From the human T2T-CHM13v2.0 reference genome, Homo sapiens, in the NCBI RefSeq assembly GCF_009914755.1, contig NC_060942.1: a DNA stretch of 64,000 nucleotides. One strand, 5' to 3'. This document shows, one piece after another, positions 12,914 to 23,215 of this stretch. Numbering within the stretch: position 1 is the stretch's first letter; each line of letters starts with the position of its first letter. The translations under genes and the position numbers were made by a program. Under the pieces are notes generated by a model. The model was not told where the DNA came from and did not search any database. It worked only from the letters and a program-made list of their open reading frames with translations.

Positions 12914-15900
12914 TAATTCAGGGTGTGAATGAGTCCAGATACTCCCAGGAAAGGTCTGGATTATGAAGAGCATTTTCAAGTGGCATTGGCTCTATCTTCC
13001 GGTGGAGATGGTGCTGCAGGGTTGGAGGTGCAGAATGGGCTGGTGGAGTGGGGGTCACTAAGAAGCTTGAGTCCATCCTCAGCCCTCTCCTTCCAGGTCT
13101 CTCCAATTCCCTCAGCTATCCGGGGTTACATAAATGAACTCATCACTAGAGGCCTGCACCATCTTCCTGCTGCCCTGCAGCCCACAGGATTAAACACAAC
13201 CAAAGTCCCTGCCTGGAGAAAGAGGAGCTGAATCACACACCTCAGGATGGAGAGGGTCTTCAGAGAAAGGAAATTCTCATTGGGGGTGAAAATGTTAAAA
13301 GCTAGCCCAAAGCACACTACGTACATGCAGGAGTTGCCTAAAAGCACATATGATTAAAAACTCCAAAGAAAACGCAGACACTTTTGACTTACGATACTGT
13401 AAGATAGCTCCCACCTCTGTTATTTTTGAAAATTCTGTTACCCAAAGCTTGGGCAAAATTTATGATATCCACCCCTGCCAAATAAAAAAACCCTGTCTGT
13501 CATGAATGAAAGTTTGCTGTCATATGTAAGTGGATCTTTTTTAGGGAGAAAGAAAAGGCTCTGTCAGGTTGCTATATGCTATAAGCTAAAAGGTAAGAAG
13601 TCTGGCTGTAAAGAAAGTGTTGAAAGGAATTTGGAGTATCACTGAAAACCCAGAACATGCCTCATTAGGTTCAGCTTCCTGTAGTGCTAGTGTGGGCATT
13701 GCAGGGTCTGTCATCCAGTTTATGGTCATGGGCATTAGATAACACAACCTCATATTCAGGTTTAATCTCAACCCATACCCTTTGCTGTAGTGTATCTCGA
13801 ACAGCTGAAAAGATCATTTATTTCTGGGCCATCTAGAAGCTCATGCTGTCATAAAGACTCAAAACCATTCAGCACCCATCTTCTCTTGAAAGAGAAGAGT
13901 AGGCAAAGGAACAGTTTTCATAAATCTGAAAATCCAAAAGAACTTTATAGGGCCCAAAACTTTAAGAGTTCACCTGTTTCCCCTCTGATGATCATGTAGC
14001 AAGCAGAGAATTATTTCAGCTTTAAGGGCATAAATCCACTAATTGCCCAGCCTCTATGAATCCCTCTTGAGGGCAAGGACTGAATCCTGCTCCTCTCTGC
14101 AGCACTTAGCAAGCAGAAAGATGCTCAGTTAACAGTGGATGAACTGAATTCAGCATCTTAGAGCACTAAAAACGTTAATTAAAGAAGTGTGCCTGTGCAA
14201 TGTTTCAAATGTTAAAGCTACGTTTTCTTTCATGTTAGTTTATCAAGGTCAATCCATATCCCCTTTTTTTGAACCAATTAATTCATACTACCTTATCCCT
14301 TATATAAATTCTCCAAAGAAATCTTTAAAAAGGCAACTTGACTATTGGTACAATGCAATGAATGACAGATAAGTAAAATCGATTCTACAAATAAAAGTTC
14401 TAACATATGACAGACCTACAGATGACTAGTTTACATGTACGTTCCTAAGACTTCAAAGACACATACTACACAGGAACTCCTGTATCGATTCTGCTTTCAA
14501 AATGGCAGTTAAAACACCAAAAGGTGTCTTGAAACTCAAGTTTTATTGGATAACTGAAGTAGGGCTTTGACTGGCCTGGACCCACCTGGATGATCATCCA
14601 AGTGGTCTCACATATAACTAGTGGTCCTCGGAAAACAAAGGCTTCTTCCTGCTTGAAAACTACTTAGTAATGACAAGAGGGTGGCCTTTTGGTGACATTT
14701 GCTTGGGGAGTCAAATTTTAAAATCAGGGTGATACAAAGATTTAAGTTTTGGATGAATGGGATCCACTTTCTCCCTGGCAACAAATATTTCTTTTTCTGT
14801 TTCATGGGTCAGCTTGAGTACAGAGTGAACTGACATCAGATATGAGTTTATATCAATTTAAAATAATACTCCTGAATACTGGTTACAACATTAATATGTG
14901 AGTGCATGGAAGAGAATATAAAGGTACAGATTTCTTTCCCAAAATGACTGCTGCAAAACACTGAGTGCATCACCTTTTAACTGTCTTTATTTTGATCTAG
15001 TTTAAACAGATAAAGAAGCCAAAATTTTGCCAATGAGACTACTTGCCAGGTGGAAAACGATTAATTTATAGACTCCTGGTACAAAAGCCAAAACAGTAGG
15101 CGCTCAGTAACTACTTCCTGAATGAAGAAAGTTATATACTTATGTACAGAACATTTAGTTTCTCCACCAACTTGAACTTTTCATAAAGGAGAGCAAACAT
15201 TCTTGCAGTAGAAAAAGGAATGTAGCCACAAACTAATATTGAAAATCAGAAAAATACCCACTCTTTAAAAGGCAGTTAATCTTAATAGCTCCAAATAACC
15301 ATGGCAAGAAGTCTTGTTACAATCGCTATACTCCTTTCATGTTTATAAAAATTTGATTCCATCTATAAGAAATAAAGAACATCCCTCCCTCTTAGTCTTC
15401 AAATTCAAAATAGGACCTTAGCAGTTATTTCAATAATACATAAAATGCATGCCTTTCACTATTAAGTAGATACATTAAATATTCCTTCTTCCTTGCCCCT
15501 ATAGCACCTGAGTGGATTCCCTGAGCTGTCAGCCTCTGGCTTCTCCTCAAAGGTAAGTTAATGAACAACTAACTGTGTCAGCCTGCTTGCAGCCTGCTGC
15601 AGTTTCCACTCTGCTAACTATAAGGACCAACGGCCCACACTGAAGACAATAAAACACAAACAGGGGATGTGTACCAGCCCCCAAAATCTTTCCACTAATA
15701 GATGTCCTCTCTACAGAATTCCTTAAAAGTATTTCTGGAAATAATCTAGGTTAGGGTCAAGCAAGTGCAACTAAAGACACCTTTGTCACAGCTTGCAAAT
15801 GCTTCACACTTTTGTTTAGCACAGGAGAGAGACATGTCTACAAAAACTGTAGTGACAAAACTATGACATTCAGAATCTAAACTTTATTAGTATTTTCTCC

Positions 15901-18726
15901 TCTGAGAATGATAAAGAACAAAATTATAAATCTCTATCATCCCTCTAAACTGAAGTACTGTTCTCTGAGGTAGGAAAAATGCTCTATTTTTATGCAAAGA
16001 GAATAGTTATAAGGATGGACGATACAGTGGTAAGCAGTTTAAAATGGACTACATGACCTCCACCTGGCAGCTTGCAAACCGTACCAATAACTGGATCATT
16101 TTAGATCACAATAGCTATTTGGGGGACAAGGGAACTAAAACTACACTTTACTTTTAACACAACCATTCAAGAGAATTAAAGAGTGGACCAGTTAAAGCGA
16201 CCATCACAACCATCGCCATAATTCCTCACTCCCCCCAAAAGCCAGATACTTCACATGAGCAATCACACATTCCATAATCTTTGTTAATCCTTGAATGCAT
16301 TCATTTTTTAACCAGTCCCATAAATAATATACTTAACAACACCCTCAAGAAGTAAAAAGAGTAAATGCATTTAAAGAAGCAGGCTCTTCATCTTTAGGGA
16401 AACTTGCAACATTAGTAGAAAATCAAAACATCAGTGTGTGACCTGTCTGTTATCGAGATGTCTCTAAGATGGTCAACAGTGGAATTCCGTATGACACTAC
16501 TTGATAAAGTCCAGTCAGTATTAGGCTAGAGAGCCTATGTTTATGATTAAGTAATAATGACTGAAGCTGGAGCTGCACAGGGCATTTCCTGCGGATTAAT
16601 GACCAGCCAGAAGAGTTGATGACCCAAAGCAATGCCACAGGCCAGCAACCTCAGCTAGGCATTAAGCCCCAGGAAATGCACTGAACCTCAACTCTTACAG
16701 TGATTTTAATATACAAAGAAGGAAAAAGTTTGCTCTCAGCTTTCTACTGAGCAATACTTCGACTGCTCAGACTTCATAAGTGAAAAGCTGACTACTAAAA
16801 ATGTGCAAACTGAAAACTTTTTGTAGTGTTTTAACTAACAGGGACTTGGAGCTAAGATCTTGTTTGAGAGCCATAATAATCATATAAGCCATATATGGAC
16901 ACTCAAATCTATATTTAACTTAGGAGTTACCTGACAATAATGCAAGAATAATAAAAGCATCAGTATACAGTTTTTTGGAACTGATTTATTTTACTCAGGT
17001 AAATAAAAGATAATGACTGAAAGACTGCATTCCTTAGAACAAAACAAAACCAATGAAACGAAACCCTCTTATATTTTGTGGTTCTTTACGTCACAATTCT
17101 ATATTACACTGGTGTCAAGAAACCAGCAGACAGATGCCAGTAGACAAATGGTTTCATTGTTATCCCAAGGCCATGCACGCCTTAATAAACTTTCTTAGAC
17201 TTTTAACTCTTAATTAATCAGGTGCTATTCTAAATTAGGGCATTTCAAGGGTTTTTACTGTATCAGAAGAATATGAACATTTATTTTTGCTTTCAAAGAA
17301 AAAGCAAACCCTAAATTCTCCTCTCCATTCTTAAAATTCACTAACACAACCTGTCAGAAATAGACTACACACCTGAAGTACAGAAGACACATAGCCTACA
17401 GGTCTTGTGTATTTTAGAGAACTTTGGTGTTTATATTACCACTCGCAGCCCCTTTCTCAGTTGGCCTTGAGGCTTGCCCATTAGCTGGTAAACGTTTGAA
17501 AGGGTCAGTGTGTCCAGAACTGGAATTTCCACTTTGGAAAAAGCACAGAGGTACCTGACATATGTTCCTGGAGGGCCTGCACTATACCTTCAGACCTGCA
17601 AAATTCCTACTTCTGCTTGATGGCAGGCAGGTCAAAGTTGTAAAACCTCCAGTGGGTACTCCTGCCTGCAGAATAGAACACAGTGTCCAAAGACCCCTGG
17701 TTTCTGACTCCTAGACTAGAGAGTGTCCAAAACATGAATATAACTTTAATAATACTCACGAAAATACTACCTTGGGGAAAATAAGGAAAGAAGAATCTAA
17801 CACTAGAGGCCCCAGTCTCGACCCAGAATTTGGCACTGCTTAGACTTAAATCATGTTAGGGTGGAAATAGTTTCTTCCTCTTTGATGAGGATAGTGAAGC
17901 CAAGGAGAAGTGAAGTGATTTGTCCATGCTGACTCAGCTGCTGGGATAGCACTCTTACTCTAATTATCTACTTCGTAGGTATTATCTGCCCCCTAGATAG
18001 TGAGCTCCGTGGGGCTAGGGGGAGACAGCAATGTTTCAGTGCCCACAGTGCTGGGCACCACAGGCCCATACTCCAATTTGTAGCCTGACTGGAATTGCAG
18101 ATACCACGTTCCCACTTTAGTTTATGGAAATTGCACCCCACACTGCCAGTTTACATTCAACTACATGTTACAGTATAAACTGGCACTCAACTGCCTGGCT
18201 CTCCACTCTCCACCCCTTTTCTTTAAAAAAAAAAAAAAAAGCTACAGGAAGTGGGATTGGCACGTTTTCTTTTCAATAATTTATAACTGTTTTTCTACCT
18301 TCTAAGGTCATGGCGAATACGTAATAGAGTCTTTTAAGGGTTACTTGATTCAAATATGTCTTAAGTAACTGCTTCCTTTACATTTACAGTGTTCTCGCAG
18401 TCTTTGCCTTATAAAACTCATGCATTCAATGAAGAGCGGCTGCAAGAGTGAGCTAATCCTTTTGTTCGGCGAACTTTGAAGTTTTTCGCCTTACTGCACA
18501 GCAGTGATTTGTTAGGTAGCATGCCCTCTCTCACATCTTTTAAGGTTAGGTGTAAAGTTTCCCAAAAAGCACCAAGAGAGTTAACTTCTAAGGGTGAAAC
18601 GAAATCCGATTCAGTACATTACCTACTTTTTAAAACTTCCCCCCTACCCAGAGCTGCATTAGCACAAAAGTTAGTCCCGAAGTGGTACCAAAGAAACATT
18701 TCATGCATAGAGTTTGGTTTGGTTAC

Positions 18727-20535
18727 CTGGGTGGGGGAAACAATAGCAGGTGAAACTATTGTGGGAGAATTGGTGCTTCTGTGCCCATTGGCTTCTGGAA
18801 GAAGAGGCAGGGGGTCGTGTTTCACGGAAACCACCACCACCGCATCCACAGGCTCCGAGGGGCGGATACAAAGTCTTTTGGGGGAAGTGGGGCCGCAGAT
18901 TTCCCCCGACCCGAACACAGACTCGTACAGGGCGCGCTTGGGCGCAGCCTCGGATTTCACGTCGGGCCCGACCTGGCTGTCTTTGGGGAGGATGTAAGTG
19001 TTCCCCAGCGAGGGCGGCTGGGGGCGGTGGTGGTGGGAGGGATGGGTGGGGGGGTGGTGGGAGTGGTGCCGTGCCGCCCCGTTCAGAGCCTCGGCGTAGC
19101 AGCCCTGCGGGGCGGGCGAGCCCAGCTTGGTGCCAATGCCCGCGATGCTGTTGAGCGTGGCGATGGAGACGGCGCCGATGCAGTGGTTGGTGTAGGTCTT
19201 GGAGAGCTTGGCCGCCTTGGAGAGCATCTGCATCCGAGTGCCTAGCAAGTTCTTGCCGATGGCTTTGTTCTCGTACCAGGTCACATCGCCCTCGCTGCAG
19301 TGGTCCCGGGGCCGCTGGAAGAACGCCTTGCAGAGAGGGTTGCGTTTCGACAGGTACTTGACGAAGCTGGCGTAGGGGCAGAACTCGGTGCCCGTCTCAT
19401 ACATGCGGGGCAAGTTCTCCTCGTCGCTGCTCTCGGCGCGCTTCTTGCTCCACGACGACGAGCGCGACTTGTGGTAGGGCCCGAGGGACTTGAAGTAGAC
19501 GAACTTGCGACCGTCCTCGTCCATGGCCAGCCCAAAAGAGTCCTCCTCCAACTCACGCTGGTTCTCGCGGCCGCGGGTACAGAAGTACATGCACGTCTCG
19601 AACCAGACCTTGTTGAGCAGCCCGAAGGGCGTGTTGGTGCTGAAGACGCTGGAGGTGTACAGCTTGCGCAGGTCGGCGCGCGTGATGGCTTGCTTCTGCA
19701 CCACCGGCCCGGCGCCCTGCTCCTCGAGCTTGCGGATGACCGCGGCCAGCGTCAGGTTGGCGCTGCGCAGCTCGGGGTCCTTGGTGAGGTCGAGCGTGCG
19801 GCAGTACGGGGGCTCATTGAGGTAGCGGTTGAGGGAGCTGCGGATGCTGATGAGCGACGACTTGCTGTAGAGCTGGCCGCTTTTGGAGCGGGCCTCGGCA
19901 TAGAAGGAGCGCAGCACGCGGCACAGCGCCCCCTTGTCCATGGTCTCGAAGTCCGGGCTCTGCGCCTTCTCGCTCAGGTACTCCCGGAAGATGCGCACGG
20001 CGTAGCGGGTGGCCAGCCGGGTGTTCTCGCTCAGCCGGGCCCGCTCGGGGCGCTGCAGCACGTCGGGGTCCAGCTCGGAGCCGTCCCCGGGCGGCCCACC
20101 GCGGGCCCGGGGCGCCAGCAGTCGCGGCGGCGCCTCGGGCTCCAGCGCGGCGCTCTGGTCCATATTGATCATATGGACCGGCTCGGGCTCCAGCTCCTCC
20201 CCGGCCGAGTCCTCGGGCTCCAGGGGCTCGTCCCAGTCCAGCCCCATCTCCTCCTCTTCCTCCTCCTCCTCGTCCTCCTCCAGCCCCCCACCTCCGTCCT
20301 CCTCCTCCTCCTCGTCCCCCGTTATCTGCACCTCCTGGATCTCGTCCTCCTCCTCCTCTTCCTCCTCCTCCTCGCCCGCGCTGCAGTAGTGCGGACGGCT
20401 GTGGCGGCGGCCGCGGCCCCCCGCGCCGCGCTCGCCCTCGCCCCGCTCCCCATTGTTCTCGGCGGCGGCGGCGGCAGCGCTGGCGCTGCCGCCCGCGCTG
20501 GTGTTACAGTCCCCGCTGCCAGGCATTCTCGCCAT
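18727..20535 (-). CDS. KCTD1: KCTD1 long-isoform first coding exon (603 codons): acidic N-terminus, DUF3504/Crypton tyrosine-recombinase-like domain, His/Pro-rich linker; spliced to BTB-domain exons outside the window
   Basis: 638-aa ORF 18619..20535 (-) starting at a real ATG with strong GC3 codon bias. A CAG|GTAACC donor at 18727|18726 falls after ...IVSPTQ in phase 0 (1809 nt = 603 codons), and composition drops to AT-rich right after it. Motifs SENTRLATRYAVRIF, YSKSSLISIRSSLNRYL, CTRGRENQR, CPYASFVKYLSKR and YTNHCIG match the DUF3504 family. From memory, 603 aa plus the rest of KCTD1 fits the ~865-aa isoform. Confidence 0.95.
19130..20040 (-). other. KCTD1: Domesticated Crypton tyrosine-recombinase domain (core-binding plus DUF3504 catalytic-type fold), about aa 165-470
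   Basis: Helical core-binding-like segment (RLSENT...LNRYL), Box I-like CTRGRE (R321) and Box II-like NHCIG (H451; G454 in place of the HxxR Arg). Confidence 0.85.
20245..20372 (-). repeat. (GAG/GAA/GAC)n coding trinucleotide tracts encoding poly-Glu/Asp
   Basis: tcctcctcc runs on the + strand; EEEEEEEEED tracts in the protein. Confidence 0.9.
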
Positions 20536-20566
20536 ATTGCCGTCTCTCTGCCAGTCCTCGGGCAGG

Positions 20567-20576
20567 GCGCATGCGC
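20567..20576. promoter_or_regulatory. NRF1 palindromic site GCGCATGCGC about 30 nt upstream of the long-isoform ATG
   Basis: Exact match to the NRF1 consensus; next to CCAAT on the minus strand (ATTGG at 20580-20584). Confidence 0.6.
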
Positions 20577-20883
20577 TATATTGGACCGCAGCGCTGAGAG
20601 CTTTTGTGTTTAATGACCTTCAGCTACCGGGAGGCAAAGCCGGGCTCTTAAAGGAGCCGCGCTCCAATTGTCATTCCCGAGCGCAGCTCCGGAGGGGCAG
20701 CGGCGCGCAGGGGATGGAGGGGAGGGGGGAGGGGGGGACAAGTTAGACCGGAGAGATAGGGTAAAGGACGGAGGCTGACCAGACCTTCTTCCTCCCCCAC
20801 CCGGCTCCCACTTCTAAGAAAACTTTGAAGGAAAAAAAAAAGGAAAGGGAGGGAGAGCTGTCGGTGGGGGCGAAACACTCCCA

Positions 20884-20892
20884 ACTTACCCT
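20884..20892 (-). other. Candidate 5' splice donor of an alternative non-coding KCTD1 first exon (AGG|GTAAGT)
   Basis: Near-consensus donor at 20890|20889 on the gene strand within the CpG island. Confidence 0.55.
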
Positions 20893-21236
20893 CTGGCGGA
20901 GAATTGCGCGGGCCCGGGCGGGAGAGAGGGAGGGCCGGCGAGAGGGCGGGACGGTCTCGTTTCTCTAAGTAATGCCCGAGGAGCAGTGCCCCTTCCACTG
21001 CCCCCTCATTGCCCCCCGGAGCCGGGGGGTCGGGGCGGCGGCTGCGCCGGGCGGGCCGCGGGTGCTGCCGCGGGAAACCCGTGTCTGGGGCCGCCCGGAG
21101 CGGAGCGGAGCAGGCAGGTTAATGAGCAGGGTGGAGGAGGCACGGCGAGGCCCCGCACCCTCTCGGCGCCCGCGGCCAGGGCGCAGCGGGCGAGGCTTGG
21201 GAGCGGGATGGGGCTGGCGGCGGCGGCGGCTCCCCC

Positions 21237-21245
21237 ACCTACTTG
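21237..21245 (-). other. Candidate 5' splice donor of a second alternative first exon (CAA|GTAGGT)
   Basis: Donor-like motif at 21243|21242 on the gene strand in the CpG island. Confidence 0.4.
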
Positions 21246-22550
21246 CTGGCGGCGAGGCGCGGGGGCCTGGGGCCAGCCGCGCGGCTCCCAACTCCCTTTC
21301 CGACTCTTGCAAAGGAGCGAAACACGCCCCACGTCAGCCACATCCCTTTCGACTTTTCCAACAGCCACATTTAAGCTGTCATTAAAGACCTGGGGCGCTC
21401 CCCGTAGGTCTGGGGCAAGTCCGCGCCGGTCCAGCCAGCCCCGGGAAGGAGCGAGGCAGAGAAGACTGGGAGGGGCCGGTGGGAGGGGAGACGAGGGAAG
21501 AGGCGCTTGGGACCCCAGGGGCCACAGGGACCCTTCCCCACCCGCCCAGGGCGCCGCCCTCCCTGCCCCTGAGCAAAGTGACACAACTCCCTCGGGCGAG
21601 GCGCTCCACCAGGCTGGAGCTGAAGTCTCCCTAAGGCCCATCGGGCAGGCGGAAAAAGCGAACTTGTGTCTCGGCCGACCCTGCCGCAGCCACAATTCGG
21701 CAATTCGGATCCGGAGCGCACTCTCACTCAAAGTTTGCCAACCGCCATTCGTTCGCCCTCCGGGCTGCGCTGCCTCAGGCGCGCGGGGGCGGGCACCTCG
21801 GAAACTGGAAAAGCAGCCAAAGAGCTCGCCGGGTCTCGCTTTCCCATAGGAGACACTGCCCCACTTCCAGCCAAACGCCCGCCCCCGGCGCGCCCAGGCT
21901 CCGGGCGCGTCCTTGCGTCGCCGCCTCCCGCTCTCCCGGCCCAGGGGCAGCTTCCCAGAGCCGCCGGGGACCTCGGCTGTTCTCTTAGGAGGCACAGCCC
22001 AGGCCACTCTCGGAGCTCGTGCTGCATCCTAACTTTCACCTTCTCCCGCAGCCCGTGTGTACCCTGGCGCGCGGGCCAGCTGCGAGTCCCTGGGGTGAGG
22101 GGACACGAGGGAGTCAGGTCCCCAGCAGTGCGCCCCGGTGCCAGGCCGTCCTGCTGGGAGGCAGCCTCGCCTGCTCCTCGGGTGCGTCCTCGAATTTACC
22201 TCCAAGTCCGAATTCTCGGCAGTTAGGCTGTGAGAGTTATGTCAACTGCCTGTTTCCCCCTTCCCTGGCCCTCCTGTCTTGCTCTCAAGGGAAGCATTTT
22301 ACGCATCAATTGAAACCCATCCATCAATTTGCATTTTTTTTTTTTAAGAAAGAATGAAAGACCAGGTCTCAGGGCAGTGTGGGCTTCTGAGTGGGAGTTG
22401 ACGATGTCTTTTTCTGCAGCGAACGCTGCTGGTCCTCCGCGTGCCTCCCCGGCCCTGGACGCCACCCGAGCTTCGGGGAAACCGCGCCAGGTGTGAAACA
22501 AGTTAGAGCAAGTCCCTGCCTCGCGGGCCGCCTCCGGCTCCTTAGGGAAA

Positions 22551-22563
22551 CACAAGACACACA

Positions 22564-22603
<40 letters not shown>
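22551..22603. repeat. (CA)n microsatellite in the promoter CpG island
   Basis: About 19 uninterrupted CA units plus a degenerate flank. Confidence 0.95.
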
Positions 22604-22605
<2 letters not shown>

Positions 22606-23201
22606 ACGCTCTCATCCGCCCGGCTCTCCGCGGAGAACCGTCCGGGAATCGTCCCCGAGGTGCGGCGCGGGAGGTGGCCGGCTTTGTTCACAATGCACTG
22701 CCCGCCGCACCCGCCCTGGACACGTGCAGAAAGGCGTGCTCGTTTCTCCGAGGCTGCGGTGAGCAGCTAAGTTAGTTGCACACTGGGACCCCCACATACG
22801 AGCTGGCACACACTAGTCACACACGGCTAATTCCAGAGGGCTGGCCCTTTGTCCTGGGACGCTCCCAGGTTTTCGGGCCGCGGTGCGGAGAACTCAGGTG
22901 GGTGCCCGGCAAGTTACCTACCAGGGGCTGTTCCCCCGCGACCCTCGCCATAAGCGCAGGGACCCGGGGGCCGCGCTGGCTCCGGGCTGCGCTCCTGGCT
23001 TGGCAGGGGACCAGGCCCACGCTGCAGCCTGGGAGCGGAGCCGCCCCCCAGGTCTCCCCACCTCTGCGGGCGGCGGGGTCCACCCCCCTCCCACCAGCTC
23101 CCCTCCCTACTGGGCGAGCTGCTTTGAATTGCTCGCAGTTTGCCGGAGGCGGTGTGCTGGGTTGGACGCTCCGGGAAACAAAGCAACCCAAAACAGCTCC
23201 C

Positions 23202-23215
23202 AGTTGACGTCAACT
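23202..23215. promoter_or_regulatory. Full CRE (TGACGTCA) inside the perfect 14-bp palindrome AGTTGACGTCAACT
   Basis: Read directly from the sequence; lies at the distal edge of the CpG island. Confidence 0.6.

Noticed and set aside
17985-18000. CTCF-like CTGCCCCCTAGA
   Set aside because: Lacks the conserved terminal TGG of the core motif and lies in probable L2-derived sequence.
18619-18726. Last 35 codons of the 638-aa ORF as part of the main protein
   Set aside because: They lie past the GT donor in AT-rich intronic sequence; kept only as a speculative alternative 3' end.
19300-20613. 437-aa + strand ORF (and other overlapping ORFs in 18476-20389)
   Set aside because: Antisense shadow of the GC3-rich KCTD1 exon; no recognisable protein features.
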